Translations under genes and position numbers: made by a program
Shown here: in pieces, positions 11,584 through 23,660 of the stretch
How positions within the stretch are numbered: position 1 is the stretch's first letter
Layout: each line of letters starts with the position of its first letter
Origin: Octopus vulgaris
Lineage: Eukaryota
Direction of reading: 5' to 3'
Assembly (NCBI GenBank): GCA_951406725.2
Contig: OX597821.1
Location: forward strand, 24,056,001-24,120,000
DNA length: 64,000 nt
Notes under the pieces: generated by a model
What the model saw: the letters and a program-made list of their open reading frames with translations, nothing else
What the model was told of the DNA's origin: nothing
Database searches by the model: none

Positions 11584-11813
11584 GGGCGGTGAGCTGGCAG
11601 AAACGTTAGCACGCCGGGCGAAATGCGCAGCCGTATCTCGTCTGTCGTTACGTTCCGAGTTCAAATTCTGCCGAGGTTGACTTTGCCTTTCATCCTTTCG
11701 GGGTCGATAAATAAAGTACCAGTTACGCACTGGGGTCGATGTAATCGACTTAATCCCTTTGTCTGTCCTTGTTTGTCCCCTCTATGTTTAGCCCCTTGTG
11801 GGTAGTAAAGAAA
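11584..11813 (+). mobile_element. SINE family B
   Basis: gggcggtgagctggcagaaacgttagc head, gagttcaaattc B-box, ccccttgtgggtagtaaag tail. Confidence 0.85.
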
Positions 11814-12168
11814 TATATATGTGTGTATACGTATATATATACATATCTATATATACATATATATATAGAGAGAGAGATAGAGGGGGAGAGAGAGAGAATT
11901 CAGTTAGAGTTTATGTTAGCCTCTTGGAGGGATGGTATCATCCAAGGAAATACTGATTCAATAGCTAATATTTTGGAGGGAAGTGATTTCCTTAAAATAA
12001 CAGGTTTGTATATAAACTGTAGTTTATTATCTGCAACAAACCGATCGTTATTCCCTACAGTTGTTTCAGTTATACACAGTGAGGTGAATCAAATATTAAA
12101 TTCATATTTCTGGGCATAATCTTTGCAGAGGGAAAAATATATACCCCTAGAGTGGTATATACCCCTAC

Positions 12169-12583
12169 AGCGCAGGAGTTGCTGTGTGGTAAGTAGCTTG
12201 TTTACCAACCACATGGTTCCGGGTTCAGTCCCACTGCGTGGCACCTTGGGCGAGTGTCTTCTACTATAGCCTTGGGCCGACCAAAGCCTTGTGAGTGGAT
12301 TTGGTAGACGGAAACTGAAAGAAGCCCGTCGTATATATGTATATATATATGTGTGTGCGTGTGTGTTTGTGTGTCTGTGTTTGTTCCCCTAGCATTGCTT
12401 GACAACCGATGCTGGTGTGTTTATGTCCCCGTTACTTAGCGGTTCGGCAAAAGAGACCGATAGAATAAGTACTGGGCTTACAAAAGAATAAGTCCCGGGG
12501 TCGAGTTGCTCGACTAAAGGCGGTGCTCCAGCATGGCCGCAGTCAAATGACTGAAACAAGTAAAAGAGAAAAAGAGGAAAGAG
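12169..12583 (+). mobile_element. SINE family A
   Basis: Multicopy match. Confidence 0.9.
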
Positions 12584-12880
12584 ATGTTATGTATGTTTGT
12601 TTGTAAATTCATTGCAGCAGACTCATATATACATTCCAACCAGAGTTGGTACAGAAACAATTGTAACTGATCATTAAAGATGTTATAAAGTATTCCTTTT
12701 GTCTTATCACTTGTTTTATATTTTACTCTTCACAACAACCATACAACGGTTTTCCCGTCGTGAAACTAGGATTTTCTGCACCTGAAGAATTTCGGTATTA
12801 GTTTGGAATCCGACTGTTGATAGCCCAGAACTAAGACTGAGTGTTTCTCTGGAAATACCACGACCTTAGATTATACATAT

Positions 12881-13669
12881 ACTCTTTTATTCTTCTAGTT
12901 GTTTCAGTCATTTGACTGCGACCGTGCAGAAGCACTGCCTTTAGTCGAAGAAATCAACCCCAGGACTTATTCTCTGTAAGCCTAGTACTTATTCTATCGG
13001 TCTCTTTTGCCGAACCGTTAAGTTACGGGATCGTAAACACACCAACATCAGTTGTCAAGCAATGGTGGAAGGACAAACACACACGCGCGCACGTACATAT
13101 ATATACATATAGATACATACACATAAATATATACACATAAATATTATACGCATAAATATATGCATGAAGGCGCGTGGCTCAGTGGTTAGAGCGTCGAGCT
13201 TACGATCGTGAGGTTGTGAGCTCGAATCCCGGACCGGGCTGCGTGTTGTGTTCTTGAGCAAGACACTTTATTTCACGTTGCTCCAGTTCACTCAGCTGTA
13301 GAAATGAGTTGCGACGTCACGGGTGCCAAGCTGTATTGGCCCTTTTGCCTTTCCCTTGGATAACATTGATGGAGAGGGGAGGCTGGTATGCATGGGCGAC
13401 TGCTGGTCTTCCATGAAACAACCTTGCCCAGACTTGTGCCTCAGAGAGTAACTCTCTAGGTGCAAACCCATGGTCAGTGTCTGACCGAAGGGGGTCACTA
13501 ACTAACTAAATATATGCATGTATATATACAACGGGCTTCTTTTAGCTTCCATCTACCAAATCCACTCGAAAGACTTTGATCGGCCCGAAGTTATAGAGGA
13601 AGACACTTTCCCAAGGCGCCACGCAGTGGGACTGAACCCGGAACCATGTGACTGGGAAGCAAGCTTCTT
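12881..13669 (-). mobile_element. SINE family A, host of two nested insertions; head remainder at 16196-16217
   Basis: The consensus resumes after the inserts. Confidence 0.8.
13167..13506 (+). mobile_element. SINE family C (tRNA-derived head, (CTAA)n tail), nested
   Basis: 14-bp TSD taaatatatgcatg (13153-13166, 13507-13520); ggctcagtggttagagc A-box and tcgaatccc B-box. Confidence 0.9.
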
Positions 13670-13963
13670 TATTTTATTAAATTTGCTATAAAGGCAGTAC
13701 ATAGGGTAAGGAAGCTTGCGCGCTGGACACAGATATTAATGAGATGAATGATACAAGGATGATAAGGATGGGAGAGGACGAAAAGCGCCTGCTGACTTTT
13801 GCTTCTCTAAAACATCGTTCTTTTAAAGTATCATACCGAGGCAATAGTTAAAAAAAAACACACACACATTAATGAGACAATAAACCTCTTACATTTTTGC
13901 TATACAAAAACCCTTTTGAGGCAATAAACCTCTCACACAATTCAATAAAATACAAAAAATACA

Positions 13964-14169
13964 GTTACTCTTTTACTTGTTTCAGTCATTTGACTGCGGC
14001 CATGCTGGAGCACCGCCTTTTTTAATCGAGCAACTGATTCTTATGTAAGCCCAGTACTTATTCTATCGGTCTCTTTTGCCGAACCGCTAAGTAATGGGGA
14101 CGTAAACACACCAGCATCGGTTGTCAAGCAATGCTAGGGGGACAAACAACAGACACACAAACACACCCA

Positions 14170-14229
<60 letters not shown>

Positions 14230-14396
14230 TACGACGGGCTTCTTTCAGTTTCCGTCTACCAAATCCACTCACAAGGCTTTGGTCGGCCCGAGGCTATAGT
14301 AGAAGACACTTGCCCAAGGTGCCACGCAGTGGGACTGAACCCGGAACCATGTGGTTGGTAAACAAGCTACTTACCACACAGCCACTCCTACGCCTA
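13964..14396 (-). mobile_element. SINE family A inserted in the 3' UTR of the ORF1-only element
   Basis: Multicopy match. Confidence 0.9.
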
Positions 14397-14402
14397 TACA
14401 AG

Positions 14403-15595
14403 TTACATGCTTTTCTGTCCGACCAGGCTCCTCGCTTCTTCGAAGCATCTAGAAGGTTCCAAGCCAGACAACTTTGTCATGTATCTAAAGGAGTCCGCTG
14501 GAAAGGAATTCATTATCCTGCACAGATCGGTTTCCCATATGACCTCTGCAACCACCTGCAAAGGCCACTCAGGGTTCTCCGTGCAGGACAGAAGCCCCTC
14601 CCATTGTCCTCTCCTTTCAAACTTCTTAACAAAGTCTTGTAATGTCCCTCCCTTATGGAGGAGGACCACAAATTGCTCCTCCAATGGAACTACTCCCACC
14701 GAAGGAGATACGGGACACGCCGGCAGTGTCACAAACCTCCGGCAATGTCTCGCTTTTCTATTTTTTCTTCTTTTTCCTTTGAACCACGGGAAGGTGGTGT
14801 ACCTCTGCTTTGTCCAGCAGGTCCTCCCTTCCTCCCGCAGCCTTCGGATCCTTCTGTGGGTAACCACTGTTGCCCACCTTTCGTTTCTTTCCTTTTTTCG
14901 AGGAGGTTTCCACTTCCTCGACTTCCTCCCTCTCTTCCTCCACTGAGGGAGCAGGGAGCGGTATTTTGATTAACTGCTCCAGGACCCTATTTTTGTCCTT
15001 CGGGCAGTTCTTTCTTATATATCCCGGCTCCAGGCACAAGTGACACTTGTGGGGGGATGGGGGGGGGGCGTCCCTCAAGCATCACCGGATACCTAGACCC
15101 GGCCATTCTTAAAAAAAATCTGGAAATACCAGATTTTCGGCTGATTGGGTCCATAGGGTCAAAACAGCTTTTGACCCCTCCCAATCAACCGCAGGCAAAA
15201 TTTTCACATCGAATAGCTTGATACTGCTGCCACCCAGACCCCGGCGGATAGTGTCTTCTATCCATTCGGGCTCAATTCCGGGTGGCAAACCGCAGACCCA
15301 AGCCCTCAACTTCTTCCCTCAATAAGTGGGAAGGAACAAAATTTCACTGCTCTCCAGGGGCTGGCTTGCGAATTCGCAAACTTCTTCGGGGAGTCAAACA
15401 GCAACCACACCGTTGCAAATTTGTCTCCCCGAGAGATATAAGTAACAGCTGGCATATAGTCTGCCAGCTCTTTTTCAGTTATCTTTTTCGGGAAGACTTG
15501 GAGTAAGTCCTCAACACCACCGTCTTCCTTTCAAACTCCTCAAGCCATGTTTTGAGAGGTGTCAACTCCCATTCAACAAATTTGTTCTTTGCCAT
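14403..15595 (-). pseudogene. L1/Tx1-type ORF1 remnant with CCHC knuckle
   Basis: MAKNKFVEW..., RAWVCGLPPGIEPEWI, YPVMLEGRPP, KCHLCLEPGYIRKNCP; same motif order as the ORF1 at 6978-8350. Confidence 0.75.
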
Positions 15596-16214
15596 TTAAA
15601 AATAAAAGTTCCAAATATAGTCCACAAAATTTTTAAATTGATGTAGAGAGAAAAACAAAAGGAAAGACTTAACAAAAAGGAAACAAAAAATAAAAATAAC
15701 AGTTCAATACAGTTTTTTTTCTCCAAATAAACGACAGAAGAAGAGAACGAGATTTCAAATTACAGCAAAGAAAAATATTTTTCGGCCGTACGGTACCCCT
15801 GGCCTTCGCAGCTTTTTCAATCCTTGTGTAAACCCTTGTGTAATTCCTTAAAACTATTTTCCAAAAACTTCCACGCAGGCAAACAAACAGTTCTTGAAAA
15901 TAGTTGAGAATAATTCAACTCTCAAATTAAATTAAAACGCACCTCCAGACTTCAGTTCTCACAGCTAATTGAGAGAAACACACGTCTCTACTGCAGGCAG
16001 ACCAAAAGCCCCGAATCCAGTGAGGACTCCTTGCTTGTACAAAAAATAAACTTTGCGAACAACGAATCCCACTGGACTCAAAAAGCAAAAAAGTCTTACC
16101 TTACAGTAGAGCGTCTTTCAAATACAACTTCCGTCCGCTGCACGCCAGCATGACGACTTCAACGGTGTCAAGAAGAGAACTAAACAACCGGAACCGGAAG
16201 CAAGCTTCTTACCA

Positions 16215-16273
<59 letters not shown>

Positions 16274-16859
16274 CATGCATGCATGTATATTATTTGAAGT
16301 AGTTGGATTCAGCTCTGTGCGACTTAAAGTTTCGTAAGCTTCTTATAGAAACCTAGCTCGTTCAGACTCATTATATACATATAATGAAGAGATTAGATCC
16401 TGGATTCTCAACCAGGAACTGAAACTGCAGCCTGAATGTTTCTGTAAGATTCTTACCTTTTTTTGTTTTGTTTTTTGTCGCACCCGTTGATTTATGACTG
16501 TCAGCTGTCAACTTGGCTATCTTGGGTCAAGATCAGTTCAACCTAGATAACCTACGAAATGTTCTTTAACTGTGACCCATTTAGCAATGAAAATATAAGC
16601 ACGGCCGCTAATAGAAATCTTCCTCATTCTTGTTCTCTTTTTGGTTCGACACCTGTAGAGATAGCAGGCATGTTTTCACATACTTGATGGTTGTCATGGA
16701 GGTAATGTAGAGGTCTGACCCTAGTCACTCGGTAACTTTCAGAGAGGCAATTTCTTTTACTTTTTCTTCCTTTCCTTCGGCCACTTAGAATTTGTTAAAT
16801 TTACCAGAAATATCCACACGAGGGACAACAGAACGACAACCAGCTTTTAGTATCAAAAA

Positions 16860-17000
16860 GACACCCTTCGGTCACGAATGACCATGAGATTGCGCCTAGA
16901 AAGTTCCCCCTCCGAGGCACAAGTCCGGGCAAGGTTGTTTATGGAAGACCAACTGTCACCCATACATACCAACATACCAGCCTCACCTGTCCACGTCACT
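16860..17000 (-). mobile_element. SINE family C 3' fragment
   Basis: Reverse complement resembles 13370-13495. Confidence 0.7.
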
Positions 17001-17292
17001 TACATTGACCCTCCATAAATCCAAAATTTTATTTTGGTACTTATGGGAGCAAATACCTTCGAAGACTCATACTGTCGTTCAATGCACGAAATGAGGAGTA
17101 GATGGACAGACGACAACTGACAAAGAGCCGTTCTTTATGTTACTTGTCCTGTTTCCCATTTGTTTCTCTCGTTGTCTGCATATTGAACTCATTTGTTTTC
17201 GTATTTCATGTTGTTTACTGTTGGTGACGTCCTGTACCCATATATGCATATGTATAGATGTGTACGTGTGTGTGTATATGCATAGACATATT

Positions 17293-18339
17293 AGGATCTT
17301 TTCTTTTTGATGGACGGAATTTTCTAGTTAACTAAAAAATTTGAAACTTCGTATACTGGTAGAATGTGTCAAAAGAAAACATTATTGTAAACAAAATTGA
17401 AAACAAAATTGTAATTCGTAACTTTAACGTAGTTTTATTCTTCGAATTTTAACCAATGAAATCGCAGCATCTTCGAATTTTAACCAATGAAATCCGAGCA
17501 TTTGAGCTCAAATCATTTGCTGCGTAATCGATTTTGATAAACAATCATAGCAGACGCACGTCACACACACACACACACACAAACTCTCTCTGTCTGTCTG
17601 TTTGTCTCTCTCTCTCTCTCTCTCAAACACATGCATATACATTTGCACAAGCACATAGTAATTTATATATAAGCGTACACACACATACAAACGGAGATAT
17701 ACATACACACACATACGCACACAAGACTACATACACGTTTGTGTTTTGCCCCTTGCCGCAACAAATTTGCACAAAAGGTAAATAAACCAGAAGGAGTGGG
17801 GGTCAATGTTTCATCGTTTCGGGGTCAATAAATTAAGTACCAATTACGCACTGGTGTCGAGGATTTTTTCCCAAATTTATATCACAGCTTCCGATAAGCT
17901 GGGGCATTCTTTTATGAAAAAATATTTCGCAAATTTTTACTTCTGGCCCTTGAAAACCATGGGAGAACACTTTTCTGTAAAAAAAAAATAAAGAAAATAT
18001 TCAAAAAATATCGTTAATATTTTTATTGGGCGACGAAATTCATCGATTTAAGAGATATAGCTGTTATTTCTAGCACATGTAGAATACAGAAGACAGAAGA
18101 GAGAAAGGATGAATAAGACGTGTGTGTGTGAGTTTTTAGACGCAGCAAATGGTTTGAGCTCGAATGCTAGGATTTCATTGGTTAAAATTCGAAGAATAAA
18201 ACAACGTTAAAGTTACGAATTACAATTTTGTTTTCAATTTTGTTTACAATAATGTTTTCTTTTGACACATTCTACCAGTATACGAAGTTTCAAATTGTTT
18301 AGTTAACTAGAAAATTCCGTCCATCAAAAAGAAAAGATC

Positions 18340-18341
<2 letters not shown>
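17293..18341. mobile_element. Non-autonomous DNA transposon with ~200-bp TIRs (GGATC.. / ..GATCCC)
   Basis: 17293-17525 is close to the reverse complement of 18140-18341; the left arm has a ~31-bp internal tandem duplication. Superfamily not determined. Confidence 0.85.
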
Positions 18342-18375
<34 letters not shown>

Positions 18376-18390
18376 AAGATCCCATATATA

Positions 18391-21300
18391 GAGAGTTGGC
18401 TTGCCGAAATGGCACATTGCTTCCCTTTCTTTATCCTTACCGAGACTCACCTGAACAACACCCATATGGACGCAGAGGTGAAAATAAAAGATTACACCAT
18501 TGTTCGTGCGGATCGCACAGACCGAAATAAGGGAGGGACAGCCATCTTTATCCATGACTCCTTTTCACTTGATGCCAAGGACATATTTTCCAATGGCTAC
18601 TGTGAATCGGTATCACTATACAACAAAGCCAAGGACATAACCATTGTTGGTCTTTACAGGCCTCCCCAGGCACCTCTAAAGTACTTTGAAGAGTGCCTTA
18701 GCAAAGTCAAGTCCTTCCTTCGGAAGTACCACTCCGGAAACATACTAGTGATGGGTGATTTTAACCTCCCTCATGTGAACTGGCCCACAAATACTCTGAA
18801 GTTAGGCAAGTGCTCTACATCAGAGAGAGCAGCAGCAGAACTGCTCTTTAATCTGATGGATGAGTATTTCCTGACTCAGCTAGTGCTTGAACCAACGAGA
18901 CAGAATAAAACGATCTTGGATCTGGTATTGACCAATCACTCTAGCTACGTTCACAGTATTTCAGTCGAAAAAACTCTCCTCTCAGACCACGACATGGTAC
19001 TCTGCAATCTTAATTCCCGACATATAAAAACCAAACCAGCCAATCCCATTCCATGGCACCCATTTGACAACATAAACTTCCACAAAGCGGACTGGGGAAC
19101 AATCAGAAAGGATCTGTCTTCCATCGACTGGTCTTTTACTCTCAATTCCTCTCATATTGAGACCGCGTGGCAGCACTTTGAAAACATTGTCACCTATACA
19201 TGCTCTAAACACGCTCCCAAGAAATCTACTAACACAAACAGAAACCGGCTCCCTAAAAAGAAAAAAAACACTCATCAGGCGCATCAAAAGACTCAACAAA
19301 AAATCAACCAATTAAAATATTCCCACACACAACATCCACATTCAACAACAATGAAAAGACTAGAGCTGGAAAAACTTCATCTGCAGACCAACATGAAAAC
19401 CTCCATTGAAAATCAAAGAGCTGTGGAGGAACAATGGGTAATCAAAAACATCAAACAGAACCCAAAAGTGTTCTATTCTTATGCAAATAAGCATAGAACC
19501 ACTGTCTCACCCATTGGGCCATTGATTGATGATAACGGCATTCTCCAACACGATGCTAAAGAAATGGCAGAAATACTGCAGAAACAATACTGCTCTGTCT
19601 TTAGTGTCCCCACTGATATCGACGTAAGGGAAACGAACGAAGTTGACTCCCAACACAAAATCTCAGACATAACCTTCACTGCCACCGACATCGTAGCAGC
19701 AATAAATGAGGTCAAACATTACTCTGCTGAAGGCCCTGATAGATTTCCCGCTAGTTTCCTGAAGGAATGTAGATACCAACTTGCAGTCCCTCTGACCAAC
19801 CTCTGGAGAAATTCGTTAGACGCAGGTTATATACCGAAACAGTTTCTATCCCAGTCGGTCATCCCGGTTTTCAAACAGGGAAACAGATCCCTCGCAGTCA
19901 ACTATCGCCCAATCTCACTCACCTCCCACATCATTAAAGTGTTTGAAAGAGTGTTAAGATCAAGGATAGCTGACTTCCTGGAGACCCACAAACTCCTAAA
20001 TGCAAATCAGCATGGCTTTCGCTGTGGCAGGAACTGTCTAACACAGCTCTTGCACCACATTGAAGATGTACTCAAAGCCTTGGGAACAGGTTCGAACTCT
20101 GACGTCATATATCTTGACTTCAGTAAAGCGTTCGACAGGGTAGACCATAACATCCTACTCTCAAAATTGGCAAATGTTGGAATCCGTGGAAAAGTTCTAC
20201 ACTGGATTAAGTATTTCCTGGCGAATAGAACACAACATGTTGTAGTTGATGGAGTCCACTCAAACCCAGCAAAAGTCACCAGCGGTGTTCCCCAGGGAAC
20301 TGTTTTGGGTCCGCTACTCTTCATAATTTACGTAAACGACCTTTCCAGTGTCGTACATTACTGCAAAGTGAAAATATTTGCTGATGACACTAAGCTCCAG
20401 CAAATTGTCAATGAAGAAGCAGACCGAACTCAACTCCAGTCTGATCTATATGCTGTGAGTCAATGGGCAGACAGAAACAAAATGCAACTGAATGAGGGAA
20501 AATTTGAGCTGATGCATTTTGGAAGAAATTCCTCACTAAAACAACCATACTCTCTTCCTTCAGGGGAACCGCTCACAGCCTCTAACAATATCAGAGACTT
20601 GGGTGTAATTGTTGATGACGATCTCAGTTGGAGTGCACACATCAACAAGAAGGTCGATATAGCTCGTAGGATGAGTTCCTGGATCTTAAGAACTTTCCGG
20701 TCCAGAGAACAAGGTGTCATCATACCACTTTTTTCCTCCTTTGTACGGCCACACCTTGAATACTGCTGCCCATTGTGGTCTCCTCACGCAAGACAAAACA
20801 TCTCCAGAATTGAGTCACCCCAGAGGGCACTCACTAAACAAATTGAAGGCATGGCTGCTCTCGATTATTGGGATCGCCTTAAAGCCTTGAAACTTTACTC
20901 CCTCCAGCGTCGCCGTGAGCGGTACATCATTTGTACGATGTGGAAAATATACCGCCAACTTTGCCCAAACGACCTAAACATTAGCTTCAAGGTTCATCCA
21001 AGACTTGGACCACGGGCTATACGTCCCCTGCCCAATTCAAGATCACAACATACATGTACACTGCAACATAATTTCTTTTCCTCAACAGGCCCTGCCCTAT
21101 TTAACATTGTCCCGAGGGAGATCAAAGAGAAAAAGGATCCCATCAACTTTAAACAGAGTCTGGATAGATTCCTTCAAAGAATACCAGATAAGCCACCCAT
21201 AATTGGATACAACTCACCCAACAAGAACTCACTACTTGAACAAAACTGGATACAACTCACCCAACAAGAACTCACTACTTGAACAAAACTTGACTTAAAC

Positions 21301-21393
21301 AGGATTCGAATAATCCTATCAGGTGGTGCTATTAAGTTAGACATGGCCTGGACCAATCTTTGGTCGAAACATATCTAAGTTTATCTAAGTTTA
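18391..21393 (+). mobile_element. CR1-group LINE, 5'-truncated
   Basis: Open ORF2; 3' stem-loop (gaccaa/ttggtc) and (TATCTAAGTT)2 tail. Confidence 0.9.
18409..21282 (+). CDS. LINE ORF2: AP endonuclease + reverse transcriptase (957 aa, extreme N-terminus missing)
   Basis: APE motifs LTETHL, YRPP, GDFN, LDLVLT, SDH. RT motifs YRPISLTS, QHGF, YLDFSKAFD, GVPQGTVLGP, FADD. C-terminal VRPHLEYCCPLWSP and SLQRRRER. Confidence 0.95.
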   Translation: MAHCFPFFILTETHLNNTHMDAEVKIKDYTIVRADRTDRNKGGTAIFIHDSFSLDAKDIFSNGYCESVSLYNKAKDITIVGLYRPPQAPLKYFEECLSKVKSFLRKYHSGNILVMGDFNLPHVNWPTNTLKLGKCSTSERAAAELLFNLMDEYFLTQLVLEPTRQNKTILDLVLTNHSSYVHSISVEKTLLSDHDMVLCNLNSRHIKTKPANPIPWHPFDNINFHKADWGTIRKDLSSIDWSFTLNSSHIETAWQHFENIVTYTCSKHAPKKSTNTNRNRLPKKKKNTHQAHQKTQQKINQLKYSHTQHPHSTTMKRLELEKLHLQTNMKTSIENQRAVEEQWVIKNIKQNPKVFYSYANKHRTTVSPIGPLIDDNGILQHDAKEMAEILQKQYCSVFSVPTDIDVRETNEVDSQHKISDITFTATDIVAAINEVKHYSAEGPDRFPASFLKECRYQLAVPLTNLWRNSLDAGYIPKQFLSQSVIPVFKQGNRSLAVNYRPISLTSHIIKVFERVLRSRIADFLETHKLLNANQHGFRCGRNCLTQLLHHIEDVLKALGTGSNSDVIYLDFSKAFDRVDHNILLSKLANVGIRGKVLHWIKYFLANRTQHVVVDGVHSNPAKVTSGVPQGTVLGPLLFIIYVNDLSSVVHYCKVKIFADDTKLQQIVNEEADRTQLQSDLYAVSQWADRNKMQLNEGKFELMHFGRNSSLKQPYSLPSGEPLTASNNIRDLGVIVDDDLSWSAHINKKVDIARRMSSWILRTFRSREQGVIIPLFSSFVRPHLEYCCPLWSPHARQNISRIESPQRALTKQIEGMAALDYWDRLKALKLYSLQRRRERYIICTMWKIYRQLCPNDLNISFKVHPRLGPRAIRPLPNSRSQHTCTLQHNFFSSTGPALFNIVPREIKEKKDPINFKQSLDRFLQRIPDKPPIIGYNSPNKNSLLEQNWIQLTQQELTT

Positions 21394-21469
21394 TATTACA
21401 AAATACAAAGTTATATCTTGAGATCGCTAGTGACAACAACACTCAAAATATATAACAGACTGGAATATA

Positions 21470-21989
21470 CACTTTTTAATCCGAGGGGAGGCAATGCGAG
21501 CAGCAACTACAAGAGCACTACAAAACCCACAGAAAGATCAAACACATACATATATTCATATATTCATTTATATCTACTGAACAGATATAAAGCCTGACGT
21601 TTAAAAATATAGTAATATATAAATATATAAATATCATATAAAAATATATAAATATAAAAGAATCAATGTTGCATATATAACATCTCGAATTTACGCTTAA
21701 ACTCGTAAAACATTTGGTATAAATTTGTTAAATCAAAAATTTGGAATAATAAAACATACAATGACATATTAAAAAGACGAATTAAAATTCCAGAGAAAAC
21801 TACATAGAAGATAAATATACAAATTTGCAAAAATACATAAAAGTTCATCTATGGGCCGTCAGGATGTTTTTTACACACAACACATAGTACATAGAAACAA
21901 ATGCACAATTACATACCGGCTATATGCGAAAGACCAGACATTACGTACTCTCACATTGCCCCCCCCCCCGCCACTCGGATTAAAAAGTA
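21470..21989. mobile_element. Non-autonomous TIR element
   Basis: actttttaatccgag..ggcaatg / cattgcc..ctcggattaaaaagt inverted ends, TA flanks. Confidence 0.65.
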
Positions 21990-22040
21990 TATATATATTT
22001 ATATATATATGTATGTATACGTATATATATGTATGTATAA

Positions 22041-22078
<38 letters not shown>

Positions 22079-22079
<1 letters not shown>

Positions 22080-22278
22080 GTGATCTCGTGAGTACTGCAG
22101 GCGATTTTTTTCCTCTGTCTTCCCTTCTCGGGATCTTTCCTTCTCCTATGTTTCCAACGAAGAGCTCCGCTCGAAACGTTAAACCCTCCTTCTTCCCTTC
22201 TTTCCTGAGCGTCCAATAATACTTTATTTGTTCCACGTCCTCGCGTTGTTGTGTTTTTTTTTGTTTTCTTGTTTGGAT

Positions 22279-22283
<5 letters not shown>
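22079..22283 (+). mobile_element. (TA)n-flanked short element with degenerate hammerhead (22150-22184), Penelope pLTR-like
   Basis: gttt-CCAACGA-a-gagc(tcc)gctc-GAAAC-GTT-aaac. Confidence 0.6.
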
Positions 22284-22369
<86 letters not shown>

Positions 22370-22373
<4 letters not shown>

Positions 22374-23648
22374 ACGAAACGGACGGAATCGCCCGTCGTC
22401 GCTCGCCCGAACGGCCTACAAGTTCGCCACGGAACCCAAAGAGGAGAGAGGAGAGGAGAGATACAACAACAACCACAACCGCAACAGAGATACAGAGGCA
22501 CAACCCGAGATACAACCCAAAGAGGCAAGGCAACAACTGGCAACACTGGCTTATATTCAAACAACAGTTTATACGACAATCAATTGCTACACATCAAATA
22601 CATTTAAGGCAAACAACAAATCAATACATTATACGGTATACCACAGATCAAAGCATTTAACAACATGCATGTAACAATATAACAGTGTTCAGTAACGACA
22701 CAACAAGTCCAGATCAAATAATGTTCACGATACGTCACAGTCCAATCAGAACACTTCGATACATTATACAATGTTCGTATCACAACAATTCACGTTACAA
22801 TTCAACAAGTCCTTTACTCAATTCACAATGTTCTTTATCGACTACATCGACAGAGTCCTTCTTTTTCTCTCTTCTTTCTCTTCTTTTACAGTCTCTTTAC
22901 CTCGTGACACATATCAATGCACAACACATACCTTAATTCCTAACTGAATCGCCAGTGTCCCATTCTGCACTCATCTCTTAATACTGCTAAATCCTCTGAA
23001 TACTCTGCTAATTCCCCTCTGTGCATATTCCAATCGCTTGCTCCTAGGCCTCCTCGCATCCCAGCTCGCTCCCAGGAATTCCAACGCTTGCTCCCTAAAT
23101 CCAAGGTTCCATCCACTCGCTCTGACCTCCAGAGTCCGTCTCTCTTCTTCGACGACCAGCCACGAACTCCAAGATCCGTCTGTGTTCTTCGACGACCGCT
23201 CAACGACTCCCCAGACCTCACTTCGTCTCTGTCCTTCTTCCACTCCCTCATCTCCCTCTGTACCGCTCACACCCTCTCTAACTGCCCTGGTCCTTATACT
23301 CTATCTATATCCTCAATCTGTCCCTTACTGCTTATCCTTTCTATTTGCCCTCTGATTCCTTACTCTATCTATATCGCCTGCTGTCTCTTAGCCTCTCCAT
23401 CCGTCCCTTTAGCCTTATACTCTATCTCTATTTGCTCTCAGCCCTTAATCTGTCTTCCTCTTTACTTCTTCAAGGGGTGCTCAGAATGACCTCCAATCGA
23501 CCGCACAAGGTCAGAAAGGTCTCATTAATCTCCCACTAGACAAAGGACCCGTCACTTTTCACCAGACATACTGGAACCATTATTCCTATGTGGGTCACCA
23601 GAAACACTACACTAATTAAACCCGAAATGCACTTAGCCAACCGTAACA
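22370..23648 (-). repeat. 3' LTR
   Basis: About six differences from 25637-26916, by eye. Confidence 0.95.
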
Positions 23649-23660
23649 CTACCCCTACCT
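23649..23660 (-). promoter_or_regulatory. Polypurine tract
   Basis: AGGTAGGGGTAG immediately before the 3' LTR. Confidence 0.8.

Larger units (their letters stand above)
13670..16195 (-). mobile_element. Second ORF1-only (HAL1-like) retroelement, full length, frameshifted
   Basis: 15-bp TSD ggaagcaagcttctt (13655-13669, 16196-16210). ~600-bp 5' UTR, ORF1 remnant, AATAA-rich 3' end. Confidence 0.8.

Noticed and set aside
13167-13240. tRNA gene
   Set aside because: A/B boxes are present, but it is the head of a TSD-bounded SINE.
17056-17127. Type II hammerhead
   Set aside because: GAAG instead of GAAA, core CTGACAA and no convincing stem I; kept only as a possible other fold.
21336-21380. 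Hairpin followed by GAAAC, resembling a hammerhead
   Set aside because: No CUGANGA; better explained as the LINE 3' recognition stem-loop.
22369-23539. Duplicated ORFs at 22.4-23.5 kb and 25.6-26.8 kb
   Set aside because: They lie in the LTRs and show no protein motifs.
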